DNA of 63,917 nt, filler included, from Phoronis australis (lineage: Eukaryota > Animalia > Phoronida): NCBI GenBank assembly GCA_002633005.1. It is 6 parts of 6 records of this genome, joined end to end, with 100 filler letters (N's around TTAATTAATTAA, not from the genome) between each part and the next. Parts side by side here need not be neighbours in the genome. Positions count along the whole stretch, not along the records: positions 1 to 27,321 come from NMRA01000016.1; 5 more parts are not named here. One strand, written 5' to 3'. Positions 12,692-25,462 of this stretch are shown piece by piece (positions within the stretch are counted from its first letter, which is position 1; each line of letters begins with the position of its first letter). The notes under the pieces are model-generated. The model was not told where the DNA came from. It saw nothing but the letters and a program-made list of their open reading frames with translations, and made no database searches. A program made the position numbers and the translations under genes.

Positions 12692-15600
12692 ATGTTGAGC
12701 TGGTTCACTGCTGGTATCTGTGCTGGTGCTGCCTACTGTCTATATTTGCCTCTTCCCAAAGGATATGAAGAACCATGGAAAACGCGCTTTATTCTCTACA
12801 TTGTGGGCTTCTTTCAAGTGATGGTAAGGTGGAAGTGACATTTATGGGTGCATCTCACACTGAAATCAAGCATGGCATGGGTCTGAATTGTTCAAAATCT
12901 GGGGTCGGATTCATGAAACATGATTTAAGACTTAAGTCAGAAATTCGGTCTGGTGCCGCTCCACACAACTATTTCTGAAAAAAAATAAATATTACTTGAG
13001 CAAAAATACAGTCTCTGAGAATTAACACACAATTGTTGGTTATTGAGATCTATAGGGTCTGATTTGCTCAACATTATCTTTTTTTCAGCAGTTGCAAGGT
13101 GGAAGTGTAAGGCCAAATTTCTGTCTTAAACCCCGTAGTCACTTTTATGAAACAGACCCTCTGTCAAGAGCAGTGTTAATTTCACAGTGGGCATGATGAG
13201 ACAGCCAGATGAAGTAACTGAGGGGAAAAATCATTGGTCAAGAACTTTTGGAAACTAAACTGAAATTTTCTTCTGGCATTGCAGAGCCGTCTAACTCCTC
13301 GTGGGGAGTAGTATAGTCGTATTCTCTCGAAAATTGTGCCATCTTCTGTCGTTAGGACAGTAACTCCGATGCCATGGCCGCTATAATACCCTGCTCAGCC
13401 AGGTCCACAATGCCCGGAGAAAATTTTTAAAGTCGGTCTTGAAGTTTTTTTTTATTCGAGTGTATTCGTCTCAAGAGTGTTATGTACAACTGTTGCATAA
13501 AGGTGGTGCGAACTCTCATCTTGCTATAGTCTCCTTATCGGCATCTACTGCAACTTCAATAATATCGCATTTCTGCTACTTTCGTCAGATGTCTGCCGTC
13601 AACTACATTGGTTGCTATGAACACCCATTGGGTTTCTTCAAATTCTTGTCTGAGCGAAGCAGGAAGTCAGGAAAACGTGACGCATCGCCAGGGCTCAAGG
13701 TGACGTACTATGAGAAATAGCAAATTACTTCCAGCAATCGTATTTACCGCTTGACTTGATACAGCTAGAATATCCTGAGCTACAGACTTGTCTTTTATGG
13801 TATATTTCCGTGTCAAATCATGTCCACCCATGACTGGTTGTCATGGTAATCAATGGGCTAAAGGATAAAGCATTCAGTGGTATTTTTACTGCCATATTTG
13901 TGTTGGTAGCTGGAGAACAACTTGGTCACGTAACCCCTCCCCGAAATCTCTGTATGGTTCAGAGCATGACGTAATTTGTGACGACGGAAGTGCCTTAAGG
14001 TTATGTATAACCCTTTTTCACAGATTTTTGTCAGTCTCCAGTTACATATTAGATATTTCAAAAAATGTTTTTATTAGAGGTACACGTAACCTTTAAGCTA
14101 CTATTTTCAATTTTTGAGTGTTGTCTCATTTGTGGTTTGCTAACTTCAGGTGTCAGACAATATGTTTGATGGTGTCCCTGTACGTGTGTATGACCCTGAG
14201 GGACGTCCGGAGAATTCAGTAGCCGTGGTGTACTTCCACGGAGGTGGATGGACAGTTGGCAATGTAGGTAAGAGATAATTGCTATGGCAACCACTCGGCA
14301 GTATCCGATGCTGCTGGGATAACTTTGCAGCCTTTCATAACACTTTTAATTGTTGTGAAAGTATTTCGTAAGTAATTGCTCAAGTTGCTTTTCTCCATTT
14401 TTTAGGAAAACTACTTTGGTTCTTTATATTTTATTGAGGAATTGGACAAATCAGTATTCCAGTTTTCCACGGTATTTTGTTCTAATTTATTTAAGTACTA
14501 CATGATANATAAAGCTGGTGCGAACTCTCATCTTTGCTATATTCTCCTTATCAGCATCTACTGTAACTTCAATAATATTGCATTTCTGCTACTTTCGTCA
14601 GTTGTCTGCCGTCAACTACATTGGTTGCTTTGAACACCCACTGGGTTTCTTCAAATTCTTGTCTGAGCGAAGCAGGAAGTCAGGAAAACGTGACGCATCG
14701 CCAGGGCTCAAGGTGACGTACTATGAGAAATAGCAAATTACTTCCAGCAATCGTATTTACCGCTTGACTTGATACAGCTAGAATATCCTGAGCTACAGAC
14801 TTGTCTTTTATGGTATATTTCCGTGTCAAATCATGTCCACCCATGACTGGTTGTCATGGTAATCAATGGGCTAAAGGATACAGTGGCAGATCTACGATTT
14901 CAGTAAGGGGGGGTTTAGGATTTGAGAGAATCCGAGGCGCGTAGCGCCAAGGAGAAGGAAGGTCGTGAGAGGGTTTCCCTCCTCCCGTGTAAGATTTTTT
15001 GGGATTTTTAGTAGCTAATTTCGTTTTTCTGGCGATTTTTTTTCCAATTTTTATTTTTGATCCTGTCCCGAGGGGGGGGTTTAAACCCCCTGAACCCCCC
15101 TGTAGATCCACCTCTGGGATAAAGCATTTAGTGTTTTTTTTACTGCCATATTTGTGTCGGTAGCTGGAAAACAACTTGGTCACGTAACCCCTCCCCGAAA
15201 TCTCTGTATGGTTCAGAGCATGACGTAATTTGTGAAGACGGAAGTGCCTTAAGGATACGTATAACCCTTTTTCACAGATTTTTGTCAGTCTCCAGTTACA
15301 TATTAGATATTTCACGAAGATGTTTTTATTAGAGGTACGCGTAACCTTTAAGCTACTATTTTCAATTTTTGAGTGTTGTCTCATTTGTTTTTTGCTAACT
15401 TCAGGTGTCAGACAATTTGTTTGATGGTGTCCCTGTGCGTGTGTATGACCCTGAGGGACGTACGGAGAATTCAGTAGCCGTGGTGTACTTCCACGGAGGT
15501 GGATGGACAGTTGGCAATATAGGTAAGAGATAATTGCAATGTCAACCACTCGGCAGTATCCGATTCTGCTGGGATAACTTTGCAGCCTTTCATAACACTT

Positions 15601-18600
15601 TTAATTGTTGTGAAATTATTTTTAAGTAATTGTTCAAGTTGCTTTTCTCCATATTTTAGGAAAACTACTTTGGTTCTTTATGTTTTATTGAGGAATTCGA
15701 CAAATCAGTATTCCAGTTTTCTACAGTATTTTTATTCTAATTTATAAGTACTACATGATTTTCGATAGTTTTTTAAAATTTTTTTCATAGTATGTGGAAT
15801 AATTGCAATTATATCTACAAGTGATAGTATTGTTGCTTAGTTCTGTTTTCACCTTTTACATAAAACGGTTCTGTACAGCTCTATAGATATGATACTAGAC
15901 TTTGAATAGTTTCTGATTAAATTCCAGATCTCTTTGACCAGCCCATGCAATATTATGCGATGAAGACTGGAGTACTTTTTGTTTCTGTTGAGTAAGTGTT
16001 CTTTACTCTGTGTTTTTCTTTTTTGTGGTACATGGGAAAATGAGTTAGATCTTTTTGCTACAAATGCATTGTCATGTCTTCCCATTCATGTTTGTGCTGT
16101 GCGTGGAGTTCTTAAGATACCTACTTCCATGGCTATTCTGCTACGTTATCTGTTTGGATGGCTTCAATAACTTATCTCCGTAAGTATATTGTTATTGATT
16201 CATATGTGGTTAAGATAATTTTTAACAGTGTTCATTAGTTATATTCCTTAAGTTCTTCTATCCAAACAAAATTTTGAAATTTCACATTTCTTGAACAAGC
16301 TCTGTAGCCAAAGCTTGAAGACTATACATCTCAAATATGACTGAACAAATTTACCTGGGATTCATAGTTATAATTGTTGTGTTAAAGCAGAAGTCTTCAT
16401 CATAACGGCTGGGAGCAAGCTGTCCCTCATCAGAATGGTTGAAATGACATGTCATGATGGCTCTGTTATTGGGAGAGAGGCTCATTTTTTGCCATGTGCT
16501 GTACATTAAGAGGACACTAAACACTATTATTTTGGTGATTTCAACCAATCCTCATTCTGTCCCCTGGGCCCGGTCTCCAGTCTTTTTACTCGAAATGGAA
16601 CTCGAAGTTAGGATTGGCATTTTCTACTCTACTTTTGGGCGAACTCACGATAAGTGTCTATTATTCTATGCTCGAATACACAATAACTTACGTAGATAAT
16701 TTATTGCCCTTAGTTCACAGTTTGTAAACCCAATATTAAAGCAATAAGTTCGAGTTTGAACTCGAAATTTCGAGTTTTTACTCGAGTTTGTAGCACGAAT
16801 ATAAGGGTCTTCAAGGGCAAACTTGAACTAGAAACTCCTATGCATAAACTATAATGTATTCGAGCACAGTCTGATAACCAATTATCTTAAGTTCGCACAA
16901 AAGGAGCAGAGAAATTGCCAAAAGTAGTTTCAAGTTCGTTTTGAGTACAAAGATTAGAGACCGGGCCCTGATAATGCTTCATGTGCCTGCATCCCCAAAT
17001 TCCATCCAAGCATCGAAATTACTCTGTACACAGTTACAAAGCTAATTTGTCACCCGGAGTTTAAGTCCAGTGTGTGTCTGGGTATAAGTCTGGTGATTTG
17101 TACCGCTGGTTTGTATCGTAGGTAGAGACACCTTGTAAATGGCCGTGACCTACTCTGATCATCGTCAATCACCTCCACCCAAGACTTCTGTGGTTAACCG
17201 GCTGCACACAAGGTGGAGTTGCTGCTGCACAAATTTTGTTCTGTGGCGTTCAATATGTTGATATGAGCAAAGAACAACTCTTCATATTCTGTCGTATAGT
17301 CTCGTTATTTGTGTTGTCCTTTTCTTAGCTACCGTCTGGCTCCAGAACATGTTTATCCCAGCGCTGTTGACGACTGTGTGGCCGCCACCAAGTATCTGTT
17401 GAACAATGCTGCCTCATTTTTGGTTAATCCAAACCGTGTCGCTGTCGCAGGTAAGCTTGAAAGAAAGTGATCCGGATTAAATATTGGTTGCACTAATTGT
17501 GTTTATTATACACCCATATATACATATGTGGGTGTATATTGTCCTCATCTGCTGCTGTATCTCCTAAACCTCAGACAGATGTGTTCCTATGAAGTAGACA
17601 ACACCTGACAGCAAATTTTGAACACATCCGACTACCTCTGTGCCCCCTAGTGGAATTTTTATTACTCGTGCTTTTCTATATCTTCTGAATTCTTTGAGGG
17701 ATGTTCATGAAATTTGGCTAACAGGCTTCTGATGAGAAGACAATGACATTGTTTTATGTTGGAACACATTTCACAATTCTGTACCACCTTGTGGCCATTT
17801 TTAAAATTTTAAGTGTGTTTTTGGCACCTGGCTTTTCTGTCTGCCAAACTACTTGTCTGAATGAAGGATCATCTTGAAAATTGGCAGATGTTTTCTTGAT
17901 GAGGAGACCAGGCTTTTCTGTCTGCCAAACTACTTGTCTGAATGAAGGATCATCTTGAAAATTGGCAGATGTTTTCTTGATGAGGAAACCACAGCGGACG
18001 TGTATTTTCGGACGGGTTTGAGTTTTCTGGCACCCCGAGTGGTTACTTCGCATGAGTTTTTTATTTCCGTTACTTTCCAGCTGTGTCTCCTAACCCTTTT
18101 CAGGAACTTAGCTTGGGAAATTTGGCGGATACGTTTCTTTAGAGTTGACAACAGATGGTGACAAGTTTCTGACCATTCGAACTACTGCTGTGCTTCATAT
18201 TGGCAGATTTAGTTTTTAATCTTTTCCTGTGTATCTCCAGTGTTCATTGGTGGATTTTTGTGGAATTTGGCAACTAGGTTTTCTATTAAGGATACGGCGG
18301 CACATCACTTTTGAACAGATTTGAAGTATCACAATTTTTTATACTATTTTGAGTCTGTTTTTTGGCGTTCACCTCATTATCTGCCAAACCCTTTAAAAGA
18401 TATTTACGCAACGTAGTAGATGTGTTCTCATTAGAAGACAATTGCTGATGTTGTTTTTTGGGTAGGTCTGACTACAGTGGTATCTCTTAGTGGTGATTTT
18501 TTTGTCGGGTGTATCTCCTTAATCTTTTGCAGGTATTTTCTTATAAAGGTGCCAACGGCGGCCCATGCATGACTTTTGGGTGGTTCCAACTCTTGCTGTA

Positions 18601-20084
18601 CCCCTTAGTGGCAATTCTAGACTTTTCGTATGTCTCTGTATCTTCAGAATTCAACGATGGTTTTTCGGGAAATTTGGCAGACTAGTTTTCAAAATAAAGA
18701 TGACACTTTGATGTAGATTTAACACTGCATCAACTAGCGGCCATTTTTATTATTTTGTTGTCTACCTCTGTGTCCACTAAGCCTGTCAAACGGTCATTAT
18801 GAAAAATAGCAGATATGTATTTACTGACAAGAGCAAAACTGATGTGGATTTTCGTATGTTTAACTACTGCTGTACCTCCTAGTGGCATTTCATTGCATCT
18901 GCAGATGAATCTTTCAAACCCCGTGGTACGGTAGATCTTTTAGAAATTTTACTAGTGTATTCCTGTCAACTTGAAAACAGGCGTCCGGAGGCGACTACCG
19001 CTGTGCCTCCTAGTGGCAATTAGTTTTTCCACATTTCTCCCTGTATCTTTGGAGTTCCCTGATGGATTTTCATGAAATTTGGAAAATGACCCTGCCTTCC
19101 CTTTTCTGATGGGTTCAATGTATTCTGCGTCATCTAATGGCCGTTTTTCCGAGATACTAATAGATACTTGTAGAAGCATACCATTTGCATTGCGGTCATG
19201 GTTAAATTTCTACACTCTGTGTTGCTCTTGGTAAAATTAACAAAATTGACATTGCTGTTGTACATGTTAGTACCATTATTTAAATTTCATATGTTAAGAG
19301 TGTTCAATAAATCTCAATGCTGATTTAGATTTGGTGGTAAATAATGTACTGCACTTAGTATAGTACTGTATTGATTCGTTCAATAGTAGAGTGCATTCCA
19401 CTGTGTGTTTTGTATTCTATAGGTGATAGTTCTGGTGGTCACTTGTCAGCCGTTGTCAGTTTGAAGCTGAGAGATGAAGCCTTCCCCATCCAACCAGCAG
19501 CGCAGATACTGATCTACCCTGCAACCCAGGCAATGGACTTCAACACACCGTCCTACAACCTATATGGGAACTACAGGTGTTTAACAAAATTCCAAATGAT
19601 TGCATTTTGGAGTCTCTTCCAGAAAGGCACGGCAAATCGAAGCAATTTAAACACATTGTGGTACAATAAGCACGTATCACAGAGAGTGCATTCCAAGTTC
19701 AGAAGCCGATGTGATCCATTTAGCTTAATACCCACCCAATATTCAGGTCTAACCTCGTGCCATACCAGAAGACAATCTTATAGTGACGCCGTCGATACAA
19801 CTTACGAGTCGCTGTTTACGGATCCCTATGTGTCGCCATTGTTGGCCGATGACCTTTCAAAATTGCCCAAGACTTACATTGTCACCGCTGAGGTTGATGT
19901 TTTGCGTGATGATGGAATGATGTACGCAACACGACTGCAGCAAGCTGGAAACGATGTCACACATCGTCATTATTACTCTAGTTTCCATGGATTTATTTCC
20001 GGTCCACGAGCCAGGTCCAATGATCTAACTGTGAAGAAAGTGGCAATGAAGGAGTTGATAGATTACATCCAGACCAATATCTAA
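12692..20084 (+). CDS. AADAC/NCEH1-like carboxylesterase, copy 2; ~402 aa using one of two exon 2-3 pairs
   Basis: Exons 12692-12823, [13589-13699 + 14150-14267] or [14602-14712 + 15405-15522], 15928-15991, 17329-17450 and 19423-20084. Same intron positions and phases as copy 1. Motifs: HGGGW, DYRLAPEH, GDSSGG, EVDVLRDDG, SFHG. Confidence 0.92.
13497..15759 (+). repeat. Tandem ~1-kb duplication (13497-14506 and 14509-15759) containing AADAC-2 exons 2 and 3; probably two uncollapsed haplotypes
   Basis: Near-identical intron and exon sequence occurs twice, joined at a single N (14508). The second copy carries an extra 236-bp insertion. Confidence 0.9.
14881..15116. mobile_element. MITE (hAT-like) with 5-bp TSD GGATA
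   Basis: Imperfect TIRs CAGTGGCAGATCTAC / GTAGATCCACCTCTG. GGATA lies at 14876-14880 and 15117-15121. The empty site is visible in the duplicate copy near 13860 (ctaaaGGATAaagcatt). Confidence 0.9.
16564..16970. mobile_element. MITE with ~40-bp TIRs (GGGCCCGGTCTC...), in AADAC-2 intron 4; degenerate relative at ~35040-35405
   Basis: ctgggcccggtctccagtctttttactcgaaatggaactcgaa pairs with ttcaagttcgttttgagtacaaagattagagaccgggccctg. No TSD recognised. Confidence 0.7.
17503..19231 (+). mobile_element. Old HINE-like (Helentron-associated) element with a ~150-bp degenerate repeat array
   Basis: 5' stem-loop atacacccatat..atatgtgggtgtat, recurring cc(c/t)ctagtggc..tttt / gtatctc / tgaaatttggc units, and a 3' end gttgctcttg homologous to 34619-34628. 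Confidence 0.7.
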
Positions 20085-20599
20085 TTTGACACTTGTCATT
20101 TTCATAATATACAGTCAAATTATTGTAATTTGATTTTAAATACCGTCAGATTTAAAGGATGTGAATCTACTTCTGTAGGATAGGAGTTTGTTAGATAGAC
20201 TATATAATCTTGTCTTTAGACTAATCAACCTTTGACTCCATAAGTTGTGTACTTCTTCGATAATGGTCTGTGACATTCAGCCAATTAGAATGCGTAGACA
20301 AGATGTTCTGACACATCATTCAGATGCAGTTTGTCCTATGCTATTTATTGGGTGTGAAGTATAGAGTCAGGAGAATATTCATGCGATAGTCCACCCACTG
20401 TTTACAATTCAGCATTCGGCAATTTCATAGACAATGATCATAGCATGCGGGTGCTTTGATTCAAAATGATTAAAAATCTTGGAAAACCCAGGACTGGAAG
20501 TGATGGGTTTATGGTTGAGTTTACTAGTTCTTTGGAATGGCATAACACGCTTTGTCTTGAGGTCTCTCACTATACCTTTGAAAGTGGACAGTTGTCATC

Positions 20600-22720
20600 T
20601 AACCAACTTTAAGTTACAAAAGCGTTGCCTAAGAGTGATAAACCAAGGGAATTCTTGAAAAATGTAAACCCAGTACCTTATTAAATAATTTTATTTTAGA
20701 TTCTATAACTGAACGGATAAAATCTGTTTTGGACTATTTGATTCATGAGAAACAGAAAAGGGTTCCTAGCGGGAAGACATATATTGTGATTTTAGGTCAT
20801 GTTTTATGAAAGGAGTTCAATGGAAGCACCCAACTCAAGAATCCTGTATACGCCTGCTAGCTAATCTAGATATATCTGTTGTTAATAAGTATTCTGCCCT
20901 TAAAAGACAGATGGGCAAGGTCTATTGATGATGTTATGCAATATGCAGAAGGAAATAATGTCCTTGGTTTTCTTGTGATTGTCGATTTTTAAAAAGCATT
21001 TGGTTCTTTGTCATGAAAATAAATTTCTTTAGAATACATTGATACTGTTTAATTTTGGAGGAGAACAGAAGATGATAATGTTATGGGGGGTTCGCGAGCC
21101 TGTATATTACAATGTCATGTCCTTGACCTATTTCAAGACCTATAGGGGTTGTAAACAAGGAGATCCCTGTTTCCATATTTATTTTTACTTTGCATAGAAG
21201 TACTGTGATTAATGACAAGATTTAACGGTAATATTAAAGGTATCGAAATCAGTGACACCTAACACTTACGTTAGTGGCCAAGTTACAGAAAGTGTAGATT
21301 CCAAATTTAGGCAATGGCGAAGGAAAGAAGGAAATAAAACATTGAATCACTGGTTTAGGCATAATCTTACCGCGCTTAGGAGGGTCACAGTTGTGAAAAC
21401 GAGTCTATTACCAAAACTTACCCATTTGTTCATCACACTCTCTCTCAAAATAAAAAAAAACTTTTTTTTTAATTTCCTTGAGGTCAAAAATGACATTGTA
21501 GTTAGAGCAGTTACAATCCAGGATTATGACAATGGCGGATACAGAATACTCCACGTGGCTTCTTTCGTAAGGGCACTGAAACTTACGTTGATCCGTGGAA
21601 TAGTAAACGCGTAACATATTTGTGGATATATTGGGACTGAAGTATTCTGGAGGAAACTCAGACTTTTATGGTGTCTCAAAGATGATTACTGTAATGTCAT
21701 CTGTTCTTAAATTAAAAATAAGTTCTGGGTGGATATATATTCCGTCTCGAAATAACTTGTCAACTCTACCCTGGAGAAGTCGGCGTACTTCGAAAAACTT
21801 GTTACTCAGCTCCTCTGATATAACTTCAGTCAGAATGAGGAAAAAGTAATTTTTTAAGAAGTCATTGACTGATAGAGAAGTAAGATATATGATATAATGG
21901 ATACTGATGGATTTTTTTAGATTACGCAACATTTGTAACAAGTTTTTCTTTAAACTTGTGATATCAACTTTTTACGGACTTGGGAAACCAATACTGTTTG
22001 CCTGTTTCGGTGAGAAAAATTGAACTACTAGTCAGTTGTACTGCGTTTACCACATTATCCGGAAATAACTGCAAAAAAATAAGAAATGATGTGCAGCAGG
22101 TTACAATATATTTATTTGTGATGTAAGGATAAAACCGAAAGTATATGAGTACAGGATAAGTGGATTTCTGAAATAAGTAATGAATCATGGGTTGGAAAAG
22201 AGTGTACTTTAATACGTTTAATTTTTCTCTTAGATGTTGGAATAAGATGTTTCAGCAATCGACTACTTCTTAAGAGTATTATGTGCAAATTCATGTTTTG
22301 TGTAGGGGTCAGGAGTCTCCCGGATGTAGGCCTACATTTTCTAAGCAAGCCCCATAACTTCTTAAAGCTTCATCGATATTTGTGAACATTAACGAACGCT
22401 ATCAAAGATATATACTCGTTAACAAATTTAATTTTCATTCTAGCAAATATCACATATATCGTCAAAGATTTTGGGACACTTTACCATTTGTTCATGCTTT
22501 TGGGAATATTTTAAAACAGTACTTTACAACAGAGAAACAATATCTTTGGAAAGAATGGACAGCGTGAATGATTTGAAGGAAGGAGAATAAATTTCATCCA
22601 TTTTACCGAAAACTTAATTGAGTGCGTAGTGTGCTTGTGCTTATTATTATTACTTTTACTTGAGTTGTACAACTTTTTAGGTCATTGGAAATGTGTAAAA
22701 AAATCTATTTTTTAAAAACC
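20600..22720 (+). mobile_element. Degenerate non-LTR retrotransposon (L1/Tx1-like) ORF2 remnant
   Basis: Broken RT motifs: VDF*KAFGSL (~20980-21010), RGCKQGDP..PYLFLLCIE (~21143-21200), W..NLT...RVTVVKTSLLPKLTHLF, and QDYDNGG..ILHVASFVRALK (21252-21614). Many stops and frameshifts. Boundaries are approximate. Confidence 0.8.
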
Positions 22721-23245
22721 AATCATAGTTTTGCCTTTAACACTCTTTTCAGTAATATTGCTTTCCCACCATAAATGTTGCATCAAGTTTTCACTTTAAG
22801 TTAACAATGCATTGTCATTCAAAGAAGAAGGCCTGAGAAGCCGACGTTTTTAAAAAGCTTTCCAACAATGGGCCTAAATGTAACGACATCTCGCTATTGT
22901 GTTAACAATAGACGTGCTCAAACAATTTTATTTGCCGCATCTGTTTGTAAGGTATGAGTGATGGCGGTTAATCAAACATGCGACTTTCATTGACAGTCTA
23001 ACCTGTTTATTTGCAGGTGACAAGCACCTCGAAATAAAAAGGATTTAGTAGACCACAAAAAGATGCAAGTCTTAAAGAAAACACCTAACGTTCTAGAAAC
23101 AAACCTTAGGCTTAGGCCGCAATAAAATTTTTCTTGACATTTTCCTTACTCAAATTAAAAATGATTTCTGGTTTTTCAAACAGTGGACACCTCATTATTT
23201 CAAGGGACATCCTTCAGCACATAAAATGTCACGCCGTAACAATTG

Positions 23246-23390
23246 ACCTATCGCAAGCTCCGCCCCCTTGCGTAATGTCGACTAACACAAAATAAATTTT
23301 ACCCGACAACGTGTTGTTTGTTGGGTAAAATGACGGCTTGGAAACGAAGGTGTGTCAATAATGCTGCGTTCTAAGTGGTCAATTAAGCCA
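23246..23390. repeat. Interspersed repeat; inverted copies at ~41444-41580 and ~41725-41830
   Basis: gcgtaatgtcgactaac..caacgtgttgtttg..gggtaaaatg..ggcttggaaac..aggtgtgtcaataatgctgc matches the reverse complement of 41444-41580. Confidence 0.75.
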
Positions 23391-25462
23391 CCATTCAAAA
23401 TCCTGTCAGTTCTTTCGAAGCCCTCGAGTGATTTCAAACTTTATTAAACAAATTAAGGACCAATTTCAAAACCGCAAGATATCTAAATTCTAAGTTGTTT
23501 TGTGATGGAACCAGGACGGGTTTAGTAGCATACACTTTAATTCTAAAAGGAAAATTTCTGACCCGACCTGTATACAGTGGGCTTCATTTTCTGCCACAAA
23601 ACCCCGAGGCGTTTAAAAAAGTAGGCCTACATGTATGCATAAAATATTATTAATGGAGAAGCGACGGAGTCACTGTTTGGATGCCGCTGAACCAAAGAAC
23701 CTTATGTCGAAATCTTCGCATGGCAAGCACTGATAGGCTGCTATTCAAAAATTGTAATCGGTCGGTAACTAAAAACGTCATCATACAGTGAGCAGACCAG
23801 CGCCGTCACGGTCATTTGCCTTCCAGAAAGGAAACCGATGAGACCTCCTTCACCCCCAGGCTGTTTACCACGGCGGCGCTCCCTGGACTGACTAAATTGT
23901 GTTCGGCCGAGTTATGTCCAACTTTTGAGCACTGCAGCGTGAACAGTGAAGAGGAAGTGACGAAAGAGGGTGAAAAATGAGGTAGCCGGTGTTNCCTCCT
24001 CAGGCCTCCACTCAGTTCGGCACCCCCAGACCCCCCCCCCCTCCCGCATTTACGCCAATGCTTCCTACTGCTTTCCAAAACAATAACTCATAAGTAGGGC
24101 ATGCTTATCGATCACAATCATAACTGTGCGTGACGTCCCCTCGCTGCGCCGCGTTGCGGAGAAAATCGGTTAGACAGTCTTCCCTGATACTGCATGCGTA
24201 CATAAAATTGTGATTGCGTTGGCTGTGAAGCAGCTCTCCACTCGGAACACGGATCCTATACTGATGAGAACTACATGTACCAACTAAGGAACGTTTTTGA
24301 TTGTGGAGCACCGTCATAGTCTTCGAGTGCAAGCATTTTGTCTTGAAATTGGCCGGGAAGCTGCATTGACCCAGTGTGTGCTGTGAGCTGCTTCATAACG
24401 GTGAAAACCAGTAGGATACACTGAATGTTGATCAAACGTATAAATCCGCTATTAGTACCGTCTGTTACAACTGTATTACCTTGTGTGGCTGACTTATTAG
24501 TATGGGTTGATGGTTGTTTCGGGGTCTCAGTTTGAGCAAAAGGCAGTTTTATAAAACCTCCGCCGCTATTGTATGAATGAAACGAATAAAAGAGCAAAGG
24601 TCACGAGAAAGTCGATTGTTTGCCAAGCTGCCCTTTGTCGGAGAGAGGGGTCAAATTTTGAGAGCGGCCAGGCGGAAAAAGGCTAGCTATAGATCTGAAA
24701 TGGAGTTAAGTTGTGACGAACTTATCTCTCTGGGCCTTTAGATGAAGTCCTGTTTATTTGGTTTAACAATTGAAGAGATGAGAAGAAACTGAAGAACGAA
24801 ACAATGGCCATTCAAGAGATACATGCCGTGCGTAATTTTCATGTCAATCCTACAAAAAGTGCGACCTGTAGCGTGCGAACAAAAATGCAAATTTCATATC
24901 TGAGTAACAGACAGTAATCATAAGCAATGTTCATTTCATCTCCAAAACTGACTTCTCGTACAAAAATTAGCTAATACTCAGCTCTGTAAGCAGCGATGTA
25001 CGGTACGTGCAAGGTGAAGCCGTGTATGTGTGTCAAAGTTTACACTGATAGCCTTATCAGGAGAGTAAAATGTTATCAGGCATTGATAACCTTTTAGGAA
25101 CAGGTTAAAACGTTTAACACAAACAACTTTTGACTAGGGTGTACATGTATGTAGGTGCGTTAGGCCAGAGAATAGCATTGGTTTTGGTCTGATTTCCGTA
25201 GATGCAAGAATCTCGTGAGAAACGTTCTTGTGATTACGTGCATGTGCAATGCATGGCGACATCTGCGAGTGAATGCGTCTACGGTACGTTGACCTGTATT
25301 CCGTGGAATCTCACCAACGAGGTAATTCAAATGAAAATGAAAATGAGTGTCCACGGGAGAGTTTTTGCAAACGACCCCTCTCCCCCGCACACCCACCCCC
25401 GCTTGGCCAGTGTTTCAACGCTCTGAACATGTTTTTTCGAATACAGGTAGTAAAGGTCCGAC

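Noticed and set aside
14863-15549. 228-aa minus-strand ORF, with shorter versions at 13858-14294
   Set aside because: It is antisense to AADAC exon 3 and runs through intron and MITE sequence. The frame is broken in the duplicate copy and has no recognisable motifs.
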